Source: Escherichia phage vB_EcoP_HC-25922
Reading direction: 5' to 3' (one strand)
DNA length: 64,000 nucleotides
Sequence record: OQ555404.1
Of this stretch, positions 30,657-38,679 are shown piece after piece. Every line of letters begins with the position of its first letter. Position 1 is the stretch's first letter. A program made the position numbers and the translations under genes. Below the pieces are notes generated by a model. The model saw nothing but the letters and a program-made list of their open reading frames with translations. It was not told the DNA's origin and did not search any database.

Positions 30657-30726
30657 CTAGATGTTAGAATCCATCAAATTCATCATACATCCCAATTTTC
30701 TTCTTCAAAGTCAATCATAAAACCTC

Positions 30727-31026
30727 CTAGATTAAATCGTAATACTTAATAATATCAGAGAGCTTAAACTCTCTAATGTCATTCTTGTCATTATCCCAAG
30801 CAGTCATTATCCAACAAGGTTTGCCCCCATTATGATAAGGGGAAGAAGCAACTGAGGTTCGTATAGGAATAACGGAGCGGTCTGCAATCTCGCCTCTCCA
30901 ATTACGATAGCTAAAGCGAAGAATTTGTTTCGTAGATACTTGATCATTTGTGCTTTCCTTGTTCATTGATTCAAAGACTTCTTTTTCTTCAGGAGTCTCT
31001 AGATTTTTTAAATTCACGTCTTGCAT
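30727..31026 (-). CDS. hypothetical protein
   Basis: Internal ATG 31026 with AAGAGGAAAA RBS; the longer track ORF overlaps the upstream gene. Confidence 0.4.
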   Translation of the reverse strand: MQDVNLKNLETPEEKEVFESMNKESTNDQVSTKQILRFSYRNWRGEIADRSVIPIRTSVASSPYHNGGKPCWIMTAWDNDKNDIREFKLSDIIKYYDLI

Positions 31027-31393
31027 CGTTTTCCTCTTTAGTTTTAATCTTATGGCACGGTTCTTTACATAAGACCTGAAAGCCATCTTTCTCAACCAAA
31101 GCTCTCTCAATAATCTCATCCCAAGTAGCTTCACGGTCCACTGGAACAATAGGCTCGATGTGGTCGACAGCCACCTCTTTCAGAGGAGAGTCATTACCGC
31201 ACATGGCACACTTGTAGTGCATTGCCAGCTTGCCAGTCTTAGGATTGATTTTACGTTCTGTCTGAGCTTCTTTGAGAGCATCAAACATAGGCTTCCACTT
31301 TCTAGTCAGAGAACGAATCCCTGACTTAATGAAGGAGTTGTAACGTGCTTCAGTCCACTGATTTGAACATCTTGTCTTCTCAGCCTTCGCCAT
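30989..31393 (-). CDS. HNH-fold nuclease-like protein
   Basis: CAMCGN...VDHIEP...LCKEPCHKIK fits CxxC...DH...CxxCH spacing of HNH endonucleases. Confidence 0.4.
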   Translation of the reverse strand: MAKAEKTRCSNQWTEARYNSFIKSGIRSLTRKWKPMFDALKEAQTERKINPKTGKLAMHYKCAMCGNDSPLKEVAVDHIEPIVPVDREATWDEIIERALVEKDGFQVLCKEPCHKIKTKEENDARREFKKSRDS

Positions 31394-31571
31394 AACCTAC
31401 ATCCATATCAGCGTCTTCCCAAATGCGTTTATTGACTCGGTGTGATTCTTTATCAGCACGAGGGATACGACCTGTGCGACGATCAAATGCTTGGTGCTTA
31501 ATCTTTTGATCTTTACGAGATTCACGAGTAGAGAAGTTTTCATCATACGAACGATAGTCAAATTTACCCAT
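31380..31571 (-). CDS. hypothetical small basic protein
   Basis: 63-aa ORF with AAGGA RBS. Confidence 0.35.
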   Translation of the reverse strand: MGKFDYRSYDENFSTRESRKDQKIKHQAFDRRTGRIPRADKESHRVNKRIWEDADMDVGYGEG

Positions 31572-31581
31572 TATAATATCC

Positions 31582-32403
31582 TTATTCCCAAGTTTTATCT
31601 AACCATGACCAATCAAAGAGGTCACCTTCAGCTTGTCCAACGAAGAGCAATCGAGCGTTTTCTAACATCTTATCTTCTGCTTCTTCCTCGAACCTCTTAT
31701 AGTATTCCATTCGTATAATATGATAAAGAGTCCACTTATCGAATACCTTCTCAATAAGTTTGATTGCAGCCTTGCTACCAATGCCTTTACGGCGCATAAC
31801 CAAGTTGCCACCCCACATCATTTCAACCTTCTCACCACAACCGGGAATATTATCTGTATTATCCCCAATCAACATTTGGTAGAAGAAATTCTGCCATGCT
31901 ACTTCTTCTGATACATAATGAGGAGGTACTTCTTTCTGTCTTTCTCCACAAGCCCAACGATAATGCCATCCGGGAGTGATTAACAAATCTTTATCACGAG
32001 TACAGATAATCGTATTCTTATCTCGTCTCTGTCTTTCAGCTAGGGCATCATCTGCCTCTCTCCCAAAGACTTCTACATACTCGTAATTTTCTTTAATATA
32101 ATCACTAACGTTCTGCCAGTGGTGGGGTCTTTCTCCCGGTGGGCGATTAGCTTTGTAGCCTTGCTGTTTAGCAATGTTAAATCGAAAATTACCACCTTCG
32201 CTGAAGTAAAAGATTGTTTTCTCGCAACCAGACCTTGCAATGATTACATCTATTTTATGCTGAAGTCGTTCAATCAAGAATCCATAATCAACTGGAACAC
32301 GACCTGTGTCTAGAAAAGGATGCTCTTGTGTAAGAGCACCGACTTCATATCGCAGAACATCTGCATCCACAATTGCTACTTCAGGATAGATTACATCAGA
32401 CAT
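31582..32403 (-). CDS. 5'-3' exonuclease / flap endonuclease (FEN, PIN-like)
   Basis: Motifs IVDADVL, GYKANR, EADDALA, TRDKDLL, IGDNTDNIPG, GIGSKAA; start set at ATG 32403 with GGAGAG RBS. Confidence 0.8.
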   Translation of the reverse strand: MSDVIYPEVAIVDADVLRYEVGALTQEHPFLDTGRVPVDYGFLIERLQHKIDVIIARSGCEKTIFYFSEGGNFRFNIAKQQGYKANRPPGERPHHWQNVSDYIKENYEYVEVFGREADDALAERQRRDKNTIICTRDKDLLITPGWHYRWACGERQKEVPPHYVSEEVAWQNFFYQMLIGDNTDNIPGCGEKVEMMWGGNLVMRRKGIGSKAAIKLIEKVFDKWTLYHIIRMEYYKRFEEEAEDKMLENARLLFVGQAEGDLFDWSWLDKTWE

Positions 32404-32992
32404 AGAGTTCTCTCCGTGTCCGTACAACAATCCAGTTTAAATAATCTACTGCATCTTCTACAGTAGAATTATTCGCTAGGTAGTATGTATTTCTCTGACT
32501 GCCTTCAATGTAGGAACGAGAATCTCCTTTAAAATCACAACCTTCACGAATCACCTGAATTACCTGAACATGGAAATGTTTCTCTAGTTCTTCAACTTCG
32601 GCTTTGAACCCACCATCAGAGAAGACGATAACATCATTCTGTGATGGGATACGTTGTTGAATACTGCTAACAGCAAGTTTACCCATGCAGGTCTCACCAA
32701 ACATAGGTTTCAGGTAATCCTCACTAGTTGCAATCATCAAGTCTCGAACTGACTTACCGTCCCATTCAGGACGGCTATGTTCTTTCCACTCACGGTCGTT
32801 GTACAGCTCCATGAACTCATAAAGAGGTAGACCTAATGCAGCAGCAGCCACTCGATATATAGGCTCCTTAAAAGCCTTTACATGCGGCCTAAACTCGGTG
32901 TTACCAAGTGTTTTCTCTAACCAAGAATTAGCGATTGTATCTTTACCACAACCCGGTGGTCCATTCAGAATTACTACTAATGGTTTACTCAT
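32396..32992 (-). CDS. P-loop nucleotide kinase (dNMP kinase-like)
   Basis: Walker A GPPGCGKDT at the N-terminus; 198 aa. Confidence 0.5.
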   Translation of the reverse strand: MSKPLVVILNGPPGCGKDTIANSWLEKTLGNTEFRPHVKAFKEPIYRVAAAALGLPLYEFMELYNDREWKEHSRPEWDGKSVRDLMIATSEDYLKPMFGETCMGKLAVSSIQQRIPSQNDVIVFSDGGFKAEVEELEKHFHVQVIQVIREGCDFKGDSRSYIEGSQRNTYYLANNSTVEDAVDYLNWIVVRTRRELYV

Positions 32993-33642
32993 TATTGAAT
33001 CATCCCTTGAAGATCTTCTTTATCAAAGTGCTTCTCTACTACCGCTTCATACAGATCACGATTCTCTGAATAACGACGATAGAAGGTTCCGTGTGAAATT
33101 CCCAACTCTTGCTGGATGTGATCATGTGGGATGCCGAGAAAGAGCATTGAGAACATGCTTGCCATCTTACGGTTTTCCATAATGTCACTCAGGTCTTGGA
33201 AGAAGAAAAAGATTCTAGATTCCAAGAACGGGTCTCCAGTAGAATCATGCTTATCCATCGCAATCTCTAAAGGACTTTCCCATGAATTCATCTCAGGAGG
33301 TCTAAACATATCAGCCTCTGGAATAGAGTAGATACGTCGGTCTCCAACTGTCTGGCGATTAGAACGAATCGACCAGATGATATTCTTGACACGATAAGTC
33401 ATGTGCTCAATATCTTTTTCATCAGTGAGCAGAAGTTCTTCTTGCTTTGCAAACACAAAACGCCAAGCGTTCAGTAATACTTCCTGAGCAACATCCTCTG
33501 CCTCGTGATAGTCTTTAATGTCATACATAAAATACTTATGCACAACTTTCCAGTTCTCTCGATAAAATTCATCGAAGGTTGGATAATATTTAATAGGAAT
33601 GCCATGAATACGATAGCGTGTGGGTGTTGTCTTCTTCTTCAT
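32992..33642 (-). CDS. sigma-70 family (ECF-like) sigma factor-like protein
   Basis: Region 2-like [14 protein letters not shown] and region 4-like [11 protein letters not shown] helix-turn-helix. Confidence 0.5.
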   Translation of the reverse strand: MKKKTTPTRYRIHGIPIKYYPTFDEFYRENWKVVHKYFMYDIKDYHEAEDVAQEVLLNAWRFVFAKQEELLLTDEKDIEHMTYRVKNIIWSIRSNRQTVGDRRIYSIPEADMFRPPEMNSWESPLEIAMDKHDSTGDPFLESRIFFFFQDLSDIMENRKMASMFSMLFLGIPHDHIQQELGISHGTFYRRYSENRDLYEAVVEKHFDKEDLQGMIQ

Positions 33643-33666
33643 AAGTCGTCCTTAACTTACTTTATG

Positions 33667-33891
33667 TTAGGCTACACAGAATAGATACATTGCTGTGTCA
33701 GGACAAGGAATGGCTGTCTGAATACCACTTACCTTAATCCACATATCTTCTTCAGAGTCATAATAGGCCCAATAGGATTGGTCTCCATCTACAAAGAACT
33801 TAAAAGTTCGTCCCCAAACTTGATTGTTGTATTCCCATACTGCATGAAGTTGAGTAACGCCTTCTGGTATTGTAAGTTCTGCTCTTATCAT
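33667..33891 (-). CDS. hypothetical protein
   Basis: 74-aa ORF. Confidence 0.35.
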   Translation of the reverse strand: MIRAELTIPEGVTQLHAVWEYNNQVWGRTFKFFVDGDQSYWAYYDSEEDMWIKVSGIQTAIPCPDTAMYLFCVA

Positions 33892-34148
33892 TGTATCCCT
33901 CTCTCTTTGAGAGCTTTAAGTAAACCATTGTGATTAGCAGCACAGGTTGTATAATTATCCTGATACCACTCAAGTGTTGTTGCAAGTGCTACTCCCTGTC
34001 CACTCTGAAGTAAAGGGAGGTCTATATCACACTCAGTTTTTAGGTTTGTTGGTAAGGGCACTAACTGCCTGCTGTTGTCTCTCGTTGAACAAGCTGACAT
34101 ACTCATCGCTAGCACACACATTGTAAAAAACTGGCTTAGTCTTTTCAT
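33888..34148 (-). CDS. o-spanin (outer-membrane lipoprotein), embedded in the i-spanin 3' end
   Basis: Signal sequence ending MSAC (lipobox-like Cys), Pro-rich mature part; out-of-frame overlap with the upstream ORF is typical of embedded spanins. Confidence 0.5.
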   Translation of the reverse strand: MKRLSQFFTMCVLAMSMSACSTRDNSRQLVPLPTNLKTECDIDLPLLQSGQGVALATTLEWYQDNYTTCAANHNGLLKALKERGIQ

Positions 34149-34380
34149 AATGCATCTCTTTGTAAATAGTTTCTGTGTTCTTCTTCCAGTTTGATAAACT
34201 AGTTAGAACTTTCTGAGCCACTTCATCAGCAGCCTTAGCTCTCTCAATCTCGATCTCTTGTTGTTTCTTCTCTTGGTCAAGAGTGTTACTATCATTTCTA
34301 TATTGCTCAAACTTCATGCCACCAAAGAAAATAATAGCTGTGAAAATAAGAAAGCCTATATTGTTTTGAAGCTTTTCCAT
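34033..34380 (-). CDS. i-spanin (Rz-like)
   Basis: ATG 34380 with GGAG RBS; N-terminal TM segment then coiled coil; the track 34404 start would read through the terminator T-run. Confidence 0.5.
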   Translation of the reverse strand: MEKLQNNIGFLIFTAIIFFGGMKFEQYRNDSNTLDQEKKQQEIEIERAKAADEVAQKVLTSLSNWKKNTETIYKEMHYEKTKPVFYNVCASDEYVSLFNERQQQAVSALTNKPKN

Positions 34381-34390
34381 TTTAACTCCA

Positions 34391-34415
34391 ACGAAAAAAG
34401 CCACCCGAAGGTGGC
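34391..34415 (-). terminator. hairpin terminator (agccacc-uucg-gguggcu plus U6)
   Basis: On the - strand: U-run after a GC hairpin with UUCG loop; one of three near-identical copies. Confidence 0.5.
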
Positions 34416-34439
34416 TAAGCTATTACAAGGAGAGATTCA

Positions 34440-35180
34440 TTAGAAAGGGCTGTCATCTTCTTCAAAGGTAGACTGCGGCTCTTCGTTAATAGTAGGGATA
34501 CTTGGAGTAGCATCTTTCTGTTCAGTATCAGAAGCTTTAGTAACTTCACGACCAGCCAGAGGGATGTTCTTAGCATCATTAGCTTGGGTCAGAAGATTAC
34601 GTTGGAATGGGAAGATTGCTTGATAAGCAGCCAAGTTAGCATCAGTCTCAGCATACGGTTCGAAGAAGATCAACTCACTACGAGGGGCACCTACAGCATC
34701 ACGATATTTGGTAGGGATTGGAGTGATACTCTTAATGGAGTTTTTCTTCTCACCAGCTTTGTTTACATAGGAATTAACCAGAATGTTAACAGGCTGACCT
34801 AGCAGCATATCTTTAAACCAACCCAAATCACCTTTCAGTGCTTGAACACTTGGGTCGATCATTTTGATCAGATTCAGAATACCAGAGTTCTTAGCTCGTG
34901 GGTTTACGTCGAAAGTTTTAAACTGGCAAGCAGGACGAGGGTCCAGAGGTTTGCCTTCATTATCAGTCCCTGTTGCATCCACGCCAATCAGTTCAAAAGC
35001 CAAGTCCATACGGAAAGCTGGGTTCTTAGGAGTAACTGCTTTAGTCTTAGGGTCAATCCAAGGGTCACGATTGTGAACACCTAAACCTACAACACGAACA
35101 ATACGTGCTTCGTACTCACCATCAGGGATTACATCGTAGTTGGATTTACGGGATACAGACAGTTCAGGGATCATAGACAT
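34440..35180 (-). CDS. single-stranded DNA-binding protein (putative)
   Basis: 246 aa with acidic C-terminal tail FEEDDSPF resembling the SSB tip DDDIPF; AAGGAAA RBS. Confidence 0.5.
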   Translation of the reverse strand: MSMIPELSVSRKSNYDVIPDGEYEARIVRVVGLGVHNRDPWIDPKTKAVTPKNPAFRMDLAFELIGVDATGTDNEGKPLDPRPACQFKTFDVNPRAKNSGILNLIKMIDPSVQALKGDLGWFKDMLLGQPVNILVNSYVNKAGEKKNSIKSITPIPTKYRDAVGAPRSELIFFEPYAETDANLAAYQAIFPFQRNLLTQANDAKNIPLAGREVTKASDTEQKDATPSIPTINEEPQSTFEEDDSPF

Positions 35181-35598
35181 ATTAATATTTCCTTATATAA
35201 ATTTAAGATTGTTGCTCTCTTTGAGCGGTTTGTATACTATATACATTACACTTATACAGATAAGGTTCTATTATACTATAACCTTTTTGGTAGTAGATAA
35301 TAACAAATAGTAATGTATATATATGGTATAGCTAGTAAAGCTATTGCAGGCTTGTATATTGGGCAATTCATAGAATCCCTTGCAAGTACCGAAGGGCAGG
35401 AGCCACCTGCGAGATAAAAATAGAGAATTAAGGAAATCCTTGATTTAGGTTGTAGGGACTCCTAGGGACTTTGATTCTCTATTTAAAAGAATATTAATTA
35501 CTTACTACCTAAATAATTAACTAACTTACTTAAACCAAACTCAAGAATAATAGATAAAAAGATTATTCCTAAGAAAGCTAAAAAGTAAAGGATATAAG
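35181..35598 (-). promoter_or_regulatory. 418-bp AT-rich non-coding region with repeats and palindromes (candidate promoter cluster or origin)
   Basis: No ORF on either strand; TATACTATA twice (35233, 35273), TAGGGACT twice (35451-35470), palindrome CTTGCAAG, hairpin GCAGG-agcca-CCTGC. Confidence 0.35.
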
Positions 35599-35763
35599 TT
35601 ACCATTCAAGTAAACCTTTAAAGTTAGTTTGTTCTACTATCCTCTGATAATGAAGATTAGAATCAGCTTGTTTCTTTAACATCTCATTATATTTATCTCT
35701 GATAGAGTCTTTATAAACTACAGGTTCTTTAAATAATGAGATCTTGTTCTTTTCTTCTTTCAT
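35599..35763 (-). CDS. hypothetical small protein
   Basis: ATG 35763 with AGGAAGG RBS; 54 aa. Confidence 0.3.
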   Translation of the reverse strand: MKEEKNKISLFKEPVVYKDSIRDKYNEMLKKQADSNLHYQRIVEQTNFKGLLEW

Positions 35764-36232
35764 CGAAAACCTTCCTAATCTCTTGCAGAGAAACAGCTTT
35801 ATAATTAATTTGCTCCATTGATGTACAGAAATATCTCCAATCATCAATTACATGATTATGGGTATGAGCATAAATATTAAACTTCCCTCTCATTTCATCA
35901 GTGTGAATAGGAATATGAGTTACCCAAAACTCTTTATATTTATAATCACCAGAGATTCTACGGAAGACTTTCATCATATCAGGGAGAAGTTCTAACCTGT
36001 CATGGTTTCCTAAGACTAGATGCTTCTCTCCTTTTACTTCAGCGATGATATCAAGGGCATACTTTTCAAACACCCAATCACCGGTAAAGAAAGTTTTATC
36101 ACGTTTAGTAACATGGTCAAACGCTGCTAAGATAGCGTTGTCGTGTTCTTCAATACTACTAAACCTCTTCCTAAAGCTACAGATGTTACGATGGCCTAGG
36201 TGACCATCACCTGCAAAATAAACTTCAGCCAT
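35729..36232 (-). CDS. metallophosphoesterase (calcineurin-like)
   Basis: GDGHLGH and GNHD metal-binding motifs; start set at ATG 36232. Confidence 0.6.
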   Translation of the reverse strand: MAEVYFAGDGHLGHRNICSFRKRFSSIEEHDNAILAAFDHVTKRDKTFFTGDWVFEKYALDIIAEVKGEKHLVLGNHDRLELLPDMMKVFRRISGDYKYKEFWVTHIPIHTDEMRGKFNIYAHTHNHVIDDWRYFCTSMEQINYKAVSLQEIRKVFDERRKEQDLII

Positions 36233-36375
36233 TCTCGTATGTGTCCTCATAATATGAGTAGTTGAAGGATTCAGCTTTCGTTTCAGCCTCCTCCATATCG
36301 TCTGTTTCCAGAATCACTCTCCAGCCAGAACCGTTAGGATATTCAGCTCCCTCATCTAGCCAGACTTTGTATCGT

Positions 36376-36579
36376 TTAGATTGTGCAACCATCGCAGATG
36401 TAATCTCCGCTTAGAGACTCTTGCAAGAGCCGGGATTGTTCATCTGATACCAACTTGTCAACCTCTTCTTTCAGAGCCATAAGATCAACAAAGGTTAGTA
36501 GCTCGTGTCGGTCAGCAATCACTTGGTATTTGTAGTCATTAATATGTGGTGCGCTTTGTACGACGTAAATATTAGACAT
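36376..36579 (-). CDS. hypothetical small protein
   Basis: 67 aa; AGGGAG RBS. Confidence 0.45.
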   Translation of the reverse strand: MSNIYVVQSAPHINDYKYQVIADRHELLTFVDLMALKEEVDKLVSDEQSRLLQESLSGDYICDGCTI

Positions 36580-36803
36580 TATAAGATCTCCCTTTGTTTA
36601 GCGTTAATGACTGACATTGCTGTGATTGGGTTGTTTGTTCCAAGATATTCCAGAACAGGGACACCCTTAGTCGGTTTATCAGCCTCTGTGTAATTCTTAA
36701 CCTTGCCACCAAGAACCTCTAGAGAAGCCTGAGCTTCCGCTTCATCATAGTGAATTCGGTCAACTGTTTTCTTTCCAATCCTATAAGTGTGAACGTAAAT
36801 CAT
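36579..36803 (-). CDS. hypothetical small protein
   Basis: 74 aa; GAGGAAG RBS; start overlaps the previous stop. Confidence 0.45.
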   Translation of the reverse strand: MIYVHTYRIGKKTVDRIHYDEAEAQASLEVLGGKVKNYTEADKPTKGVPVLEYLGTNNPITAMSVINAKQREIL

Positions 36804-36985
36804 TTAACTTCCTCAATATCAACTAATTCAAAACTTCCTATTTCTTCAAGCTTAATAATCTCTTTAACCTTCTCAACAGCTTTAATAGGGTTTTCTTCTT
36901 CTACAACTTTACACCCTGATACTTCAAGACTGCCTGTTCCACGAAGGTATAAATTCAACTTATAAACTACTTTGTAGTATTTCAT
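36800..36985 (-). CDS. hypothetical small protein
   Basis: Start ATG 36985 with GGGAG RBS. Confidence 0.4.
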   Translation of the reverse strand: MKYYKVVYKLNLYLRGTGSLEVSGCKVVEEENPIKAVEKVKEIIKLEEIGSFELVDIEEVK

Positions 36986-37139
36986 CGTGCTCCCAATTTC
37001 TTTCATAATATCCAGAGTTGTAGTTTAGGGCGCATTTCTCGGCCTCTTCTATGTCGTCTGTGTTTAGGATATTAACCCAACCACCAACTTCATCAAAACC
37101 CTCTTCTACCTCATTGAACCACACGCTGTATTTCTTCAT
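36960..37139 (-). CDS. hypothetical small protein
   Basis: Start MKKYS at 37139, overlapping the upstream stop in an ATGA arrangement. Confidence 0.4.
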   Translation of the reverse strand: MKKYSVWFNEVEEGFDEVGGWVNILNTDDIEEAEKCALNYNSGYYERNWEHDEILQSSL

Positions 37140-37315
37140 CTTGATAAGACCCTTCCCCAATCCTTGGTGTAACATCGACCATCAACCCACTTGGTCTCTG
37201 ATTTAAACTCTTGAGAGATTCTTGTTTCACAGTCTTCTTTACTGTAATCACCAAGAGCATCCATCACCCAAAGAAACAGAGCAATTACAATAGACCAGAT
37301 TAGAAACTTCTTCAT
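37136..37315 (-). CDS. small secreted or membrane protein (below the track cutoff)
   Basis: 59-aa ORF MKKFLIWSIVIALFLWVMDA...; ATGA overlap with both neighbours. Confidence 0.35.
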   Translation of the reverse strand: MKKFLIWSIVIALFLWVMDALGDYSKEDCETRISQEFKSETKWVDGRCYTKDWGRVLSR

Positions 37316-37704
37316 CGTATCACCAGAGGCTCTTCAGAGTACACAGGAGAGGTTATTTCTACCGGAGGTGCTGCTCTAAGGTCATTAAGTCTTACGCCCT
37401 TCAGCATACCATCTAGGTGGTCCATTTTAGGGATACCTACAGGGAAGTCATCAATCCAAACATCCACAAAGAAACCCAAGCTCTGAGTGACGGAATCCTT
37501 CTGAACACCATTGCAAAAGATAACAGGAATATCTAGACTTGCTGCATCTGCTAGAAGCTCCTCATTTGAATACCCATTAGGTTGAGCAAAACGATAGGTG
37601 ACAATACGTACATCATGTCCACGAGATTTCATAAGACCTACAATGTGGGTCCACATCTCTTTGTCCACTGTAAAAGTATCATCATAATCTAAACCAATAT
37701 TCAT
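37312..37704 (-). CDS. hypothetical protein
   Basis: 130 aa; AAGAGG RBS. Confidence 0.4.
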   Translation of the reverse strand: MNIGLDYDDTFTVDKEMWTHIVGLMKSRGHDVRIVTYRFAQPNGYSNEELLADAASLDIPVIFCNGVQKDSVTQSLGFFVDVWIDDFPVGIPKMDHLDGMLKGVRLNDLRAAPPVEITSPVYSEEPLVIR

Positions 37705-37717
37705 ATTAGCCTCTTAG

Positions 37718-37744
37718 ACAAGAAAAGCCACCCGAAGGTAGCTT
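37718..37744 (-). terminator. hairpin terminator (gcuacc-uucg-gguggc plus U-run)
   Basis: Second copy of the AAAAGCCACCCGAAGGT motif. Confidence 0.45.
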
Positions 37745-37988
37745 ATTTATTCTGTGTTTCCAGTTCGCTGATACGAACTTTCAAACCGTTAATCTCAGCC
37801 TGAGCAGCTTCTAGTTTAATTAGGGCTTCTTCAGCGTCAGCTTCTGTTTGAAGAACCGCAGTGGTTAGTTCGTATAAAGCTTGGCGGAGAGAGTCTTTGC
37901 CCATAGCATGAATCTGTGCAACAAAGAATTGCTTACCTTCCGTGGTTTCCAAAGTCTCTTTTAATTCTTTAGATGTTAAAGTCATCAT
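37743..37988 (-). CDS. coiled-coil protein
   Basis: 81 aa, helical heptad-like sequence. Confidence 0.4.
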   Translation of the reverse strand: MMTLTSKELKETLETTEGKQFFVAQIHAMGKDSLRQALYELTTAVLQTEADAEEALIKLEAAQAEINGLKVRISELETQNK

Positions 37989-38155
37989 TACTCCCTTTCA
38001 TAAATTTTAAGAACTGTACCGCCATCTGCTTCAATCTGAGCAACTACTTCATCGCGCTCTTTATCAGAATAAACCAGTTGGTTGTGAAATTTGCCTGTAC
38101 TGTCTTGGAAATATACATTCCATTTTGGAGCAGGTTTACGAATCAAATCCATCAT
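37988..38155 (-). CDS. hypothetical small protein (below the track cutoff)
   Basis: 55-aa ORF MMDLIRKPAPKWNVYFQ...; stop overlaps the next start. Confidence 0.3.
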   Translation of the reverse strand: MMDLIRKPAPKWNVYFQDSTGKFHNQLVYSDKERDEVVAQIEADGGTVLKIYERE

Positions 38156-38286
38156 TGATCTTTCTCCTCTCGTTCAACCCATGTACGGAAAAGCTCCCCA
38201 TACACTTTGGCATCATCAAAACGTCCTTCTTCCTGTGCGAGTTTTTGTTGCTTCAAGCACCATTCAGAACTTTTTACTTCTTCCAC
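38153..38286 (-). CDS. hypothetical small protein (GTG start, below the track cutoff)
   Basis: 44-aa ORF with AAGGAGACAAGGAA RBS before GTG; stop overlaps the next start. Confidence 0.25.
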
Positions 38287-38367
38287 TTCCTTGTCTCCTT
38301 AAAAAGAACTAATCAATAAGACTAGTTCATTTCGTAATACGATTCAGCTCTTCCACTGAACTAATCA

Positions 38368-38679
38368 CTACTTCTCCACCACAAAGAGGTTAACTTCAAT
38401 GAAAGTTTCGTATTGTGTTGACTCCTGCTTACGGGTGTAGTAGAAATGACGACCTTCTAATGCACCTCCGTACTGAGTGGCACATCTTTTAACCATCTCT
38501 TTTATCACATCTACAACTGATTCGCCTTTCCACGGACGTAACCCCTGAGTTGGGACTTTTGCTGTACAGGTTACTTGTGTGTAACCTACATCTTGTAGAG
38601 ATATCTCAAGAATCAGCTTTGCCCAAGCATCAAAATTAAGCTTGGGGTTATATTTAACTTCAGTTTTGATATCAATCAT
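38368..38679 (-). CDS. hypothetical protein
   Basis: 103-aa ORF immediately downstream of the polymerase gene. Confidence 0.45.
   Translation of the reverse strand: MIDIKTEVKYNPKLNFDAWAKLILEISLQDVGYTQVTCTAKVPTQGLRPWKGESVVDVIKEMVKRCATQYGGALEGRHFYYTRKQESTQYETFIEVNLFVVEK

Noticed and set aside
30662-30697. 11-codon mini-ORF with a perfect AGGAGG RBS just after the first - strand gene
   Set aside because: Too short to call; the RBS-like sequence overlaps the stop codon of 30727..31026 and the bidirectional terminator region.
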